64,000 bases of DNA from Bacilli bacterium (GTDB lineage Bacteria; Bacillota_I; Bacilli_A; RF39; UBA660). The notes below the pieces were generated by a model. The model was not told where the DNA came from and did no database searches. It saw only the letters and a list, made by a program, of their open reading frames with translations. The position numbers and the translations under genes are program-made. This document shows positions 50,948 through 62,200 of this stretch, piece after piece. Location of the stretch: assembly GCA_050948865.1 (NCBI GenBank), contig JBMNEQ010000004.1, forward strand, positions 62,477-126,476, in the 5' to 3' direction. Every line of letters starts with the position of its first letter. Within the stretch, counting starts at the first letter, position 1.

Positions 50948-51640
50948 GTGGAAATAGTAAAAGTTAATAATTTAACTAAAACTTATGGTAAAGGAAGAGC
51001 CTTAGTTAAAGCTTTAAATAATGTTTCTTTTAATATTAAAAAAGGGGAATTTATCGCGATTGTTGGACCTTCAGGTAGTGGAAAATCAACTCTTTTACAT
51101 ATTTTAGGGGGAGTAGATAAACCAACTAGTGGGGAAGTAATAATTAATAATACGAATATTTATAAGTTAAATAATCAAGATTTAACCATCTTTAGAAGAA
51201 GAGAAATAGGGTTAATTTATCAGTTTTATAATTTAATTCCTATTTTAAATGTGGAAGAAAATATTACTTTACCAATCTTATTAGATCAAAAAAAGGTTAA
51301 AGAAGATGTTTTAAAAGAAATAATGGAAACTTTAAAATTAAAAAATAGAATTAAACATTTACCTAATCAATTATCAGGTGGCGAACAACAAAGAGTATCA
51401 ATAGGAAGAGCTTTAATTAGTAAGCCCTCTATTATTTTAGCTGATGAACCAACAGGGAATCTTGATTCTAAAACTTCCAGTGAAATTATGTCTCTTTTAA
51501 AAATGGCTAATGAAAAGTATCAACAAACAATTATTTTAGTTACTCATAATTTAGATTTAGTAAAAGAAGTAGATCGAGTTATTTCTATAGCCGATGGTAA
51601 GATCATTAGTGATCAAAGAGGTAAAGATGAAAATAATTAA
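50948..51640 (+). CDS. ABC transporter ATP-binding protein (MacB/LolD-like)
   Basis: Walker A GPSGSGKST, signature LSGGEQQR, Walker B ILADEPTGNLD. Confidence 0.85.
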   Translation: MEIVKVNNLTKTYGKGRALVKALNNVSFNIKKGEFIAIVGPSGSGKSTLLHILGGVDKPTSGEVIINNTNIYKLNNQDLTIFRRREIGLIYQFYNLIPILNVEENITLPILLDQKKVKEDVLKEIMETLKLKNRIKHLPNQLSGGEQQRVSIGRALISKPSIILADEPTGNLDSKTSSEIMSLLKMANEKYQQTIILVTHNLDLVKEVDRVISIADGKIISDQRGKDENN

Positions 51641-54131
51641 GACTTTAACTCAAAGACATTTAAAATTAAATAAAGTAAGAACCTTAGTTATTATGCTTGG
51701 CATTATTCTTGTTGGAGCGATGATTAGTGGGGTTTTTACTTTAGTTTCTAGTATTCATCATTTGCTTATAAAAGAACAAGTGGAAATAGTTGGTAATTAT
51801 CATGCTTTAATTGAAAATATACCCGGAGAAAGAATTAAAGATATTAAAGAAAATAAAAATATTAAGGAAATATTTTTAAATCATAATCTTGGTTTTACTT
51901 TATTAGAAGATTCTCCTTTAAAAGAAAAACCTTATCTTTATATTAAAGAATATGATTCTAATAGTTTTGATAAAAAAATATTTCATCTTCTAGAAGGAAG
52001 ATTTCCAAAAACAAAAGAAGAAATAATTCTTCCTGAACACTTTCTTTTAGATTTAGATTTAGGTTTAAAAATAGGAGATAAATTTACTTTAGAGATTGGA
52101 AAACGTTCTTTAGATGATACTTTATTAGAAGATAATTTACAGTATCAAGAAAAAGAACAATTAATTAATTTAGAAACTAAAACTTATACTTTAGTAGGAA
52201 TAATGGAAAGACCTTATTTAGAAAATTATAATTTTCCTGGTTATACAGCTATAACTTATTTAGATTTTAAAAAGGATAATCTTTATTCAGTTTATCTTTT
52301 AGCTAAAAAACCAAAGAATATTTATTCTATAGCAGAATCTTTATTAGAAGAAGATAATAATGTTTATTATAATGAGAATTTATTAATGTTACTTGGAGCA
52401 AGTAAACAACAAAATATTAATAAAGCTCTTTATTCGATTGCTTCTATTTTAGCTTCTGTTATTATGATTGGTTCTATTGGAGTAATTTATAATGGCTTTA
52501 ATATTTCTTTAACAGAAAGAAAAAAACAGTTTGGTGTTTTATCTAGTGTTGGAGCAACAAGAAAACAGATTGTTAAATCTGTTTTATATGAAGCCTTTTT
52601 AATGGGGATTATTGCTGTTCCTTTAGGAATACTATCTGGTATCTTAGGTATCTTTGTTACTTTAAAAGTAACAAATCATCTTTTAGCTGAACTTGATCTT
52701 TCTTTTGGTCTTTCTCTTTCCTTTTTACCCATACTATTATCTTTTATCTTTATTTTCTTAACTATTATTCTCTCTGTCTTAATACCAGCTTTTAGGACCG
52801 CTAAAACAAGCCCGATTGAAGCGATTAGAATGACAGATGATATAAAGATAAAAAGTAAACAAGTAAAAACTAGTAAACTAACTAAATTTATTTTTGGTAT
52901 TGAAGGAGAAATTGCTTTAAAGAATATGAAAAGAAATAAAAGAAAATATCGAACAACTATTATTTCTTTATTTATTAGTATTGTTTTATTTATTACTGTT
53001 CATTCTTTTGTTAGTCTAGGTTTTAAAAGTATTGGTCTTTATCTTGATGATTTAAATGCTGATCTTCAGGTAGGTTTTTATGATGTTGAAGATCAAGTGG
53101 AAGTAGAAAAAATAATCAAAAGAATAACCCAAATAAAAGAAATAGATGAATATTCTATTTCTAGAACTTTAACTTTATTTATTAATGTCCCAGCTAAAGA
53201 TTTCTATAATACTCAGGATAAAAAAGATAATGAAAGGGAAACTGTTTTAGTCCAAGTAGCAACATTTAAAGATCCTTATTATAAAAAATATGTTAAAAAT
53301 ACTAATTTAAAAGATAAAGAAGTAATTTTAATGAATAGGGGAAAAGAAATAGTTACTAATAAAAAGAAAGAAACTAAGGTTATTGAATATGATTTTTTAA
53401 AGGTTAAACCCCAAGATAAATTAATTTTAGAAACAATCGAAGATTATGAGTTCTTTGAAGAAGTAACGATTAAAAAGATCTATAATAAATCACCCCTTGG
53501 TTATGGAAATTATTTTCCTTTAATAATTGTTTCTAATCAGTTTTTTGAAGAGATGTTAATTAAATACAATAAGCCTAATTTAAGTAGTCAATCGATTAGT
53601 ATTAATAGTAAAAAGGATGGTCTTGTGGAAGATAAAATAAATAAAATAACTAAAGATTTTCCTTCAATAAATATATCTATTTATAATGAAGCAAAAATGA
53701 AGAAAGAAGAAAGAAATGTGATGTTAGTCTTTTCTATCTTTTTATATGGTTTTATTGGTTTAATTACCTTAATTGGAGTGACAAATGTTTTTAATACTAT
53801 TACTACAAATATTTATTTAAGAAGTAAAGAATTCGCTATCTTAAGATGTTTAGGATTAACAAAACAAGGCTTTAATAAAATCTTATATTATGAAAGTATC
53901 TTATATTGTTTAAAAGCTTTATTTTATGCTTTACCAGTTAGTATTTTAATTCATCGCTTTATGTTAGTAGGAATTAATGAAGTCTTTGTAATTAACACTA
54001 AAATACCATGGACATCTATTTTTATTACGATTATTAGTTTATTAATAATTGTCTTTTCTACAATGATTTATGCTAGTAGAAAAATAAAAGAAACAAATAT
54101 TATTGATGCTATTAGAAGGGAGAATATTTAA
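51627..54131 (+). CDS. ABC transporter permease, duplicated FtsX/MacB-type with large extracytoplasmic domains
   Basis: Two FtsX-like 4-TM modules, each preceded by a ~200-aa loop. Overlaps the ATPase gene by 14 nt. Confidence 0.8.
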   Translation: MKIIKTLTQRHLKLNKVRTLVIMLGIILVGAMISGVFTLVSSIHHLLIKEQVEIVGNYHALIENIPGERIKDIKENKNIKEIFLNHNLGFTLLEDSPLKEKPYLYIKEYDSNSFDKKIFHLLEGRFPKTKEEIILPEHFLLDLDLGLKIGDKFTLEIGKRSLDDTLLEDNLQYQEKEQLINLETKTYTLVGIMERPYLENYNFPGYTAITYLDFKKDNLYSVYLLAKKPKNIYSIAESLLEEDNNVYYNENLLMLLGASKQQNINKALYSIASILASVIMIGSIGVIYNGFNISLTERKKQFGVLSSVGATRKQIVKSVLYEAFLMGIIAVPLGILSGILGIFVTLKVTNHLLAELDLSFGLSLSFLPILLSFIFIFLTIILSVLIPAFRTAKTSPIEAIRMTDDIKIKSKQVKTSKLTKFIFGIEGEIALKNMKRNKRKYRTTIISLFISIVLFITVHSFVSLGFKSIGLYLDDLNADLQVGFYDVEDQVEVEKIIKRITQIKEIDEYSISRTLTLFINVPAKDFYNTQDKKDNERETVLVQVATFKDPYYKKYVKNTNLKDKEVILMNRGKEIVTNKKKETKVIEYDFLKVKPQDKLILETIEDYEFFEEVTIKKIYNKSPLGYGNYFPLIIVSNQFFEEMLIKYNKPNLSSQSISINSKKDGLVEDKINKITKDFPSINISIYNEAKMKKEERNVMLVFSIFLYGFIGLITLIGVTNVFNTITTNIYLRSKEFAILRCLGLTKQGFNKILYYESILYCLKALFYALPVSILIHRFMLVGINEVFVINTKIPWTSIFITIISLLIIVFSTMIYASRKIKETNIIDAIRRENI

Positions 54132-54140
54132 AAAGGTAAA

Positions 54141-54680
54141 ATGATTAAAGTTTATATTGGACCAATGTATAGTGGTAAAACAACCGCGATTATTGATTTA
54201 TATTTAAATACTTGGAATAAAGAAGAGGTTTTATGTTTTAAACCAGAACTAGATACAAGAAGTCATTCTAAAATTAAATCAAGAAATATAGAACAATCTA
54301 TTGAGGCTATAACTATTAAAAGGATAGAAGAAATAGATAAATATTTAGAAGATAAAATAACAAAAATCTTTATAGATGAAGCCCAATTTTTAAAAGGGGA
54401 TGTTAATTATTTATTAGAATTATCTTTAATTAAGAATATGGAAATTCATATTGCTGGATTAAGTTTAACTTCAGAACAGAAACCCTTTGGCTTAATGCCG
54501 GAAATTCTTTCTATAGCTGATGAAATTAAGATATTTAAGGCGATATGTTATATTTGTAATAAACCAGCGGCCTATACTTATTATAATGGTAAAAAGGAAA
54601 CTGAAATTTTAGTTGGAAGTAAAGGTTATATGCCTTTATGTAAAGAGTGTTTACTTAAAAAAAGAAACTGTCAAAAATAA
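54141..54680 (+). CDS. tdk: thymidine kinase
   Basis: P-loop GPMYSGKTT and a C-terminal zinc ribbon (CYICNKPA...CKEC). Confidence 0.9.
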   Translation: MIKVYIGPMYSGKTTAIIDLYLNTWNKEEVLCFKPELDTRSHSKIKSRNIEQSIEAITIKRIEEIDKYLEDKITKIFIDEAQFLKGDVNYLLELSLIKNMEIHIAGLSLTSEQKPFGLMPEILSIADEIKIFKAICYICNKPAAYTYYNGKKETEILVGSKGYMPLCKECLLKKRNCQK

Positions 54681-54753
54681 CTACCACAATTTGACAAATC
54701 TAATTTTTTTTGCTATCATATATTTATCAATCGGTTTTTCTGATTGATCTAGT

Positions 54754-54785
54754 GGGAACGGCTAGTAAACTCGTTCCTTTTTTTT
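54754..54785 (+). terminator. rho-independent terminator after tdk
   Basis: GGGAACG-loop-CGTTCC followed by TTTTTTTT. Confidence 0.7.
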
Positions 54786-54812
54786 GACAATGTATAAATA
54801 AAATGTTATTAT
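54784..54812 (+). promoter_or_regulatory. sigma-A type promoter for the 54838 gene
   Basis: TTGACA (54784-54789), 17-nt spacer, TATTAT (54807-54812). AGAGGGA RBS lies downstream. Confidence 0.5.
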
Positions 54813-54837
54813 ATCAACTAAAAAAGAGGGAATGTAG

Positions 54838-55470
54838 ATGACAAAAAAGATTAAACGTTATACTTTAAACATAATTGAAGGAGGAAACTTTATTCCAGTT
54901 TTTAAAGAAGATTTAAAAGGAATTGATAAAGTAACTACCACTTATCAAAACAAAGATGAATTATTAGATGATTTGATTAACAATCTTCATTTTCAAACTG
55001 ATAAAATTAATTCTTTTTTAGGAATTACTTATCGCCAAAATAAAGGAACAAGAATGACAAAGGTTTTATATAAACCTGATAGTGAAGTTTTTAATGAACT
55101 AAAATTAAGTGAAAAGGTTTTAGCTTATAGTATTAATGAAGATTTTATTTATGAATTTGTTAGTCGTTATAAAAATAATCCTTATTTAAGAACTTTATCA
55201 CATATGATAAAAGAAGCGATTAAATATGAAGAGAATTATTTTGATAATTTACAAAGATTATTAGATATTACTTTTGATCAATATAAATCAAGAAGGGATA
55301 CTTATTTATTTATTAAAGATTATGAAAAAAGACAACTCCAAAATTTAGAAAAAAGAATAGATCAAAACAAAAATAAAGAAGAATTATTAAAAATAAGAGA
55401 AGCATTAACAAAACAAAAAGAAGAACCTAAACAGTTATCATTGTTTGATATTAAACCAAAAATTAAATAA
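54838..55470 (+). CDS. hypothetical protein (210 aa), possibly element-associated
   Basis: Own promoter and RBS, no recognisable domain, K/E-rich C-terminal helix. Sits immediately upstream of a tyrosine recombinase. Confidence 0.4.
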   Translation: MTKKIKRYTLNIIEGGNFIPVFKEDLKGIDKVTTTYQNKDELLDDLINNLHFQTDKINSFLGITYRQNKGTRMTKVLYKPDSEVFNELKLSEKVLAYSINEDFIYEFVSRYKNNPYLRTLSHMIKEAIKYEENYFDNLQRLLDITFDQYKSRRDTYLFIKDYEKRQLQNLEKRIDQNKNKEELLKIREALTKQKEEPKQLSLFDIKPKIK

Positions 55471-55503
55471 TTTTTTTATGTTAAAATTAAAGTGGTGATA
55501 AAT

Positions 55504-56433
55504 ATGGAAGAGTTTTTAAAAAAGTTTTTAAATTATTTAACTTATCAAAAAAGATATTCTAAACATACAGTTTTTAATTATGAAAAGGATATTGAATTAT
55601 TTCATGAATTTTTAAAAAGAAAAACTTTAACATATCACACTTTAACTTATCAAAATATAAGAGAGTTTTTAATGGAACTATATGATAAAGATTATGCTAG
55701 AAGTAGTGTTTCTAGAAAGATAAGTTCTTTACGTAGTTATTTTAAGTATTTAGTTTTAGAAGATGTTTTAGAAGAAAATATTTTTAAATTAGTTTCTTTA
55801 CCAAAAAAAGAAAAGAAAATACCTAAATTTATTTATCATCATGATTTAATGCCTTTATTTGAAGTTCCTGATCTTTTAACACCTTTAGGACAAAGAAATC
55901 GTTTAATCTTAGAAATACTTTATGGAACAGGAATAAGAGTTCAAGAATTAGTAGATATTAAAATAGAAGATATTGATCAATCAAATAAATTAATTAGAAT
56001 ATTAGGAAAAGGTAATAAAGAAAGAATGGTTGTTTATGGAGAATATAGTGAAGAAATATTAAATTTATATTTACAAGAAGGACGTTTTAAATTACTAGGT
56101 AATAATTATAGTGATTATTTATTTTTAAACAATCAAGGTAACAAAATATCTCCTAGGGGTGTTAGATATATATTAAACAAATTAATAAAAGAAACTAGTT
56201 TAAAAATAAATATTTCTCCCCATGTTTTACGTCATACATTCGCTACTCATATGTTAGAAAATGGGGCTGATTTAATTACTGTTCAAGAATTACTAGGACA
56301 TGTTAGTTTATCAACAACAGGAAAATATATGCATGTTACTAATGAAAGATTAAGAGAAGTCTATTTACACCATCATCCAAGAGCTAGAGAGAATATCGTT
56401 GAATTAAAAAGTAAGTTCCCGTTTGAATGCTAA
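55504..56433 (+). CDS. tyrosine recombinase, XerC/XerD family
   Basis: N-terminal SAM-like core-binding domain, and catalytic HVLRHTFATHMLENGADL...LGHVSLSTTGKYMHV with RHR/Y residues. GGTGA RBS before ATG 55504. Confidence 0.85.
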   Translation: MEEFLKKFLNYLTYQKRYSKHTVFNYEKDIELFHEFLKRKTLTYHTLTYQNIREFLMELYDKDYARSSVSRKISSLRSYFKYLVLEDVLEENIFKLVSLPKKEKKIPKFIYHHDLMPLFEVPDLLTPLGQRNRLILEILYGTGIRVQELVDIKIEDIDQSNKLIRILGKGNKERMVVYGEYSEEILNLYLQEGRFKLLGNNYSDYLFLNNQGNKISPRGVRYILNKLIKETSLKINISPHVLRHTFATHMLENGADLITVQELLGHVSLSTTGKYMHVTNERLREVYLHHHPRARENIVELKSKFPFEC

Positions 56434-56689
56434 AATATAATTTCGTTACAAAGTTCTCGTTTGTGGGAGTTTTTTTAGTGTTTAAAATCTAAAAAGATGG
56501 TCTTTTTTTCAATATTATGATACTATATATTCGATGTTATAAATTTATAGCAGCTAAAAAAGGATACGTACTTGGTCATTTTAAGACTTAGTTCCCGTAT
56601 CGGAATAATAAAAAAGAATTGTTGTTGGCTATTATTTGCCAACCAATCATTTAAAGTTATAGTAGATTTTTAAGTGATTGGTTGACAAT

Positions 56690-57960
56690 CATTTGTAAGC
56701 AAAATGATCATCAATGAAAACTTTATTTAATTTTATAATCACTTAGATTAAATGTTACATTATCAGGTTTTATGTAAGAGCAATTTAATTTTTTTATAAA
56801 ATTCGGATAAAGTTTTTTAGTTAATTCATATGGTGTCTTATTATCTAAACTTACTCTTGGAGTATTGTTTATGTTATTCTCAAGAAACTTCACTGTTTCA
56901 TCAGTCAAATTTTCAAAAGATGTTCCTTTAGTAAAAACCTTTCTGATGTAATAGTGATTTTTTTCTATTTCTGCTTTTTGATTTGATTGATAAGGATCAC
57001 AATAAAACACATTACATATTTTTTTATTGTTTTTATAATCTCTTTCCATCATATCAGGATTGAAAAATTCTCCTCCATTGTCGGTCAAAATAATCCGTAA
57101 AACTTGAGCGTATAACTTAATACCAAGTGTGTCTTTTAAAAATACAAATTTATCATCTACTGATGCTATATTATTTTTATCTAATAAAAAAATCAACATA
57201 AACTTAGTTTTAATAATTAAAAGCGTTAATAATACTTTTGAATTACCTTGTTTTCCAATAACAGTATCCATTTGGGCAACGTTCATTCTAGGATGTATAG
57301 TTGTGAAAAGCAGATAATCGTTATAAGTTCTATTTTTTAGAATAGCTAATTCACGTCTATTTCTACGTTGATTTAATTTCCTTTTTTTGTATTTTACTTT
57401 TTTAGGTAAATCTAAATTTGTTAAAGACAAAGCGTTAATATCAATGTACTTATAAAAAGTTGTTTTGCTCATGCAAAGAATGTCTTTGTGGTTTGCAAAT
57501 ACTTGGTTAACACTTTGTTTTTTATCTTTTATAAGTGGAACTATTATTTCTTCTATTTCTTCAATCTCTTGAGGAGTGATATCAATGCCTTCTCTTGTTG
57601 TACGAAGTTTAAGTTTATATAAATCGTATGCTATCTTAGCGTTATAGTAAAGCTTTTTTTTAGAGCATCCTCCTTTGGCTGAACAATTATTACAAACATA
57701 TGGAACTTTATTGAGTTTAGGACAATTTGATGTGTTTTCATTGTTGTTTGAATATTTAGAGTATCTATTTCTTTTTACTTCTTTAGCAATAGTGGTGCGA
57801 TCCTTTTCAATTGTTTTTCCAATATCAGTAAATGTAACGTTTTTTCTTATTAAAATTTCTATAACATCTCTTTGTTCTTTAGTAAGATGATTGTAACTTG
57901 ATTTTGCCATTTTGACACTTCCTTTCATTAATGGCAAATAAACCAACATAGAATATAATA
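56690..57960 (-). mobile_element. IS30-family insertion sequence (boundaries approximate)
   Basis: Single transposase ORF fills the element. Its flanks are intergenic and contain inverted GC-bearing motifs (ccaaccaatca/tgattggttg). The terminal inverted repeats could not be delimited by eye. Confidence 0.45.
56723..57910 (-). CDS. IS30-family transposase (HTH plus DDE)
   Basis: N-terminal HLTKEQRDVIEILIRKNVTFTDIGKTIEKDRTTIAKEVKRNRY matches the IS30 HTH signature, and a DDE region lies downstream. GGAAGTG RBS before ATG 57910. Confidence 0.85.
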   Translation of the reverse strand: MAKSSYNHLTKEQRDVIEILIRKNVTFTDIGKTIEKDRTTIAKEVKRNRYSKYSNNNENTSNCPKLNKVPYVCNNCSAKGGCSKKKLYYNAKIAYDLYKLKLRTTREGIDITPQEIEEIEEIIVPLIKDKKQSVNQVFANHKDILCMSKTTFYKYIDINALSLTNLDLPKKVKYKKRKLNQRRNRRELAILKNRTYNDYLLFTTIHPRMNVAQMDTVIGKQGNSKVLLTLLIIKTKFMLIFLLDKNNIASVDDKFVFLKDTLGIKLYAQVLRIILTDNGGEFFNPDMMERDYKNNKKICNVFYCDPYQSNQKAEIEKNHYYIRKVFTKGTSFENLTDETVKFLENNINNTPRVSLDNKTPYELTKKLYPNFIKKLNCSYIKPDNVTFNLSDYKIK

Positions 57961-58512
57961 TAACTAATTAATAAATATAGCAAAGTAAAATTCATTTCTA
58001 ATAATTGATGAACTAAGTTTGATGGTTAAAATCCCTAAATTATTAAGTGATATGAATTTGCTCGTTTCTTGTTTGTTATATATAATGAATTAGGAATTTA
58101 AAAAATAGGTTCTTAATAAAAACAGTTCTATTACAGATGATATTACTGATAAAGATTGGATTTAAGTCAAGTATTTAGACGCTTTTTTATAAACGTTTTA
58201 ATTTATATTTAAATTTATTCCAATTTCCTTTATGATTTTAGGAACCCAATTCGTGTTAATTTTGTCGTGGAAAGCGTATAGACGCTTTCGCTTTTACGAC
58301 TAACACGAATTGCCTAAAATAATAAAGTTTTCTCGGCATAAATACAAAAAAATTCCTTAAAAGGAATCCAAAAAATTATTTCAACAACTAAGTTCCCATA
58401 TGGTAGTTGGGCGGGAACTTACCTTTTTATTTAACAGCTAGAGAGAATATTATTGACATAACTAAAGATAGTGATAAAATATAATTATAATTAAAAAAGA
58501 AAAAGGTGAATC

Positions 58513-59034
58513 ATGATTGATTTTATAGAATTTTTAAAAGATATATTTGGTTATGCTATTATAATTGCTTTAATTATTTTAATTAGAATATTTGTTTTAG
58601 TTCCTATTGAGGTAGTAGGAACTTCTATGGAACCAAATTTAAAAAATGGGGATATAATATTAATGGATAAAGTAGCATATAATTATTTTAAATTAAAACG
58701 TTTTGATGTTATAGTATCTGAATATGATAGCCCTAAACATATAGTTAAAAGAATAATAGGTTTACCAGGAGATAAAATTAGATATATAGATAATAAATTA
58801 TATATTAATGAAAAAGAAGTAGAAGAAAAATTTAATAAATATGGAGTAATAGAAGATTATTCTTTAAAAGAATTAGATTATGAAAAAATACCAGAAGATA
58901 TGTATTTTGTAATAGGGGATAATAGAGAAGATTCTGTTGATAGTCGTAGTTTTGGTTTAATCCATAAAGAAGAAATAGAAGGAAAACCTTTTCTTGTTAT
59001 ATGGCCCTTAAATCATTTTAAGTTAGTAAAATAA
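58513..59034 (+). CDS. signal peptidase I, second copy
   Basis: GTSMEPNL, KRIIGLPGD and GDNREDSVDSR boxes. 173 aa. Confidence 0.85.
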   Translation: MIDFIEFLKDIFGYAIIIALIILIRIFVLVPIEVVGTSMEPNLKNGDIILMDKVAYNYFKLKRFDVIVSEYDSPKHIVKRIIGLPGDKIRYIDNKLYINEKEVEEKFNKYGVIEDYSLKELDYEKIPEDMYFVIGDNREDSVDSRSFGLIHKEEIEGKPFLVIWPLNHFKLVK

Positions 59035-59284
59035 TAAAAGACTTTTATTGTTTCCCAACAATTGCCAAAAAATAATTTTTGTGCTATTATATTTTTAAGT
59101 TTAGACATTTATTATTTAATTTGGCAAACTTTTTGAAAGAAAAGGACGCAAAGTTGGGAATCTAAGGTATTAGTGATGGTAATTGAATACTATGATCGTC
59201 CAACTGCAACTAGCGAATATTGCAGTTTTTTGTTTGAATAATAAGTGTTGAACGGGCTAAATATATTAATGGGAGGAAATATTT

Positions 59285-62200
59285 ATGCTAAACAGAAAAT
59301 TTATTGTAGCTTTTGCAGTTACAGTACTCGTTTTCTTGGGAATCTATACGTTTGCGTTAAACCCGCCAGCAGATGAACCTAAGGACGATGAAACAGGTGT
59401 TAAGGAGGAGCAAAAGACACCGAAAGAAGAGAATATAGAAGGGGAAAATATAGAGGAAGGGGAAGAGGCTGAAGAAGAATTTGAAGAAGGAACAGGAAGT
59501 GGTTTACAATTTACTCCTGGAAGAATTATACCTACTACAAGTTCTGTAACTAATTTACCAGAAAAGGTAGAGGAAGATACTGAAGAACCAGTGGTAGAGG
59601 AAGAAGTTATTCCATTATCAATTTCAGGAGTAGAAGAAGGGGCATATTATAATGATGAGCAACAGTTAGAAATAAAAGGAACAAACATAATTAGTGTTAA
59701 ACGTAATGGGGAATCAGTTGGATTTACAGGTGGTAATTATTCTTTTAGTGAAGAAGCTGAATATGAAATAGTTGTTACTGATAATGATAATAATACTATT
59801 TCAGTGAATTTTGTGATTGATACTACTGTTCCAAGTATAAGTGGAATTGAAGAAAATACACATACGAATAATGAAGTAGAAATAACAATTGAGGATAAAA
59901 ATTTAGAATCAGTTTTAGTTAACGATGAAATAATTGAATTAGATGAAAATAATAAATTTGTTCTTAGTGAAGAAAATGAATATGTTGTTATCGTTACTGA
60001 TAAAGCGAATAATCAAACTAAAGTTGAATTCGTTATTGATAAAACAGCTCCTGAGGTAAAACTTAATGGAGATAAAAAAATATATTTAGAATTCAATCAA
60101 GATTATTATGATGATAAAGGTGCTACTGCAACAGATACTTTTACTGCAACAGAAGAATTAATATTTAGAAATTTAATTGAATATGTTGAAGTAATAGATG
60201 GTAATAAAAACTTCGTTAAAGTTTCAGAAATTGATAATACAAAAATTGGAAGATATAAAGTTTGGTATTATTTTAAAGATAAAGCTGGTAATGAAGGTAA
60301 TGCCATAAGAAATGTTTATGTAGAAGATACTACTTCACCTATTATTGAATTAATAGGGGATTCAGAAATAATTATGAATCCATCAATTTTCTATTTTGAT
60401 CAAGGAGCCACAGCTACTGATAATTATGATGGAGATTTAACAAAGAAAATTAAAAAAACAGGTTTTGTTAATCCATTAATTCCAGGAAAATATACGATTA
60501 CTTATAATGTTACTGATAGTAATGGAAATGAAGCTGAACCTGTATCAAGAACCGTGATTGTTAAAGATACAATTAAACCAACAGTATTATTATTACCATA
60601 TGGTAATAATAAAGCAGCTAAAACTCATAGTACTTGGGTAATTGTTTTAGATAATCACCGTGTTGATAATGATAGTTTAAAATATATATGGACTGATTCA
60701 ACAGAAGCGCCAACTAAAGAAGAATTTAGTAATGAATTTAGAAATTTTAATGTAATTAAAAGTCCATCTGATTTAAATGGAACCTATTATTTATGGATTT
60801 ATGCTAAAGATGTTAGTGGCAATGAAACAATAGTTAGTAGTAAAGCTTTTAATTTTGATAATGAAGGCCCAAGTGTAGAGGTAAATTATAGTATTACTGA
60901 AGAAACTAATGAAAATGTAGTAGTAACTATTAGTGCAAATGAAAAGATGCAAAAAGTAGATGGTTGGACATTATCAAATGATAAAAAAGAATTAAAGAAA
61001 GATTATAAAACAAATGTTTCTAATGAACGTGTTGTCTTAAAAGATTTGTTAGGAAATAGTACAGAAGTTTTTATAAGTATAACTAATATAGATAAAGGAA
61101 AACCTGATTTTAAAATTTCAAGGAATATTCCTTTTGATCAACCAACTAATCAAGATGTTACTCTAACTTTTGCTATTGCTTATGATAATTCTGGCGGTTT
61201 TGGTCTTCATGATGAACCTTATTCATTTGATGGGGGAAAGACATGGACTAATGACTCTTCTAAAACCTTTTCAAAAAACCAAAGTGTTAATGTAATGTTA
61301 AGAGATAAAGTTGGTAATACCTGTTCAGGAAGTATTAAAATTACCAATATTGATAAGGAAACTCCTGTTGTAACTTATAATGATAAAGAACAAAGAACAG
61401 TCAAAGAAACAATTACAATAAACCCAGATGGGGAATATGATGTGGAAGGAAACAATCCTTTTCTAGTAACAGATAATAGTCAAGAAGGTTATTTAGAACC
61501 TTATGAAATAAAAATTAGATATGCTCCAGAATGGGATGGGCAAAATGGAACATATAATGGTAAAAAAGTAGATAAAGTTGATTTGGGATTACTAGGAGTA
61601 TATAGAATTGATTATAAATATAAAGATGAAGCAGGTAATAAAACTTATGGTGCTGTTTGGATTTATGTAGTTGTTGGTGAAAAACAAGTTTATAATGAAA
61701 CAAAACAAATTCTTTATGATGTTATACAAGAAGCAATAAATGAAGCAGATGAAGGAAATACGATTTTAGTAGGACCTGGAGAATATGATGTAGCATATAT
61801 TAAAGAATCTAAAAAACATTATTTATTGATTGAAAAACCAATAATTATTAAAGCTGCTGAAATGGATAATAAACCTATTTTAGTTGGAGATTATAATCAA
61901 ATTCAAGCTCAAGGAAGCCATCAACAGGCAACCATAGAAATTTATAATACTGATAATGTTACTTTAGATGGTTTAGTTATACATAGTATAGAAAACTATC
62001 CTTCGACCTTTACTAAAGCATTAGAAATAACAAATTCAAATAATACTCTTATAAATAATTGTACTATTTACGATGAAGGTAGGACCGCTATTTATATTGC
62101 TGGAAATGAAGTAGGAAAATATACAATTTCAAATAATAACCTTGATGGTTCTATTGTTGTAGCTAATGGTGCTGGTGATGGAGAAGGGGCTAATGAAGCC

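Noticed and set aside
55504-56433. Calling the tyrosine recombinase the chromosomal XerC (codV) and searching for a dif site nearby
   Set aside because: Its neighbours (orphan protein, IS30) are not the topA-gid-codV-clpQY context of Bacillus, and no 28-bp dif-like palindrome was evident. It is left as a family-level call.
57129-57890. Two short plus-strand ORFs (57129-57317, 57675-57890) inside the IS30 transposase gene
   Set aside because: Antisense to the transposase, with no translation signals.
57911-57949. 13-codon N-terminal extension (MLVYLPLMKGSVK) of the transposase ORF
   Set aside because: ATG 57910 is preceded by a GGAAGTG RBS, and the IS30 HTH starts there. The extension is just an in-frame run to an upstream ATG.
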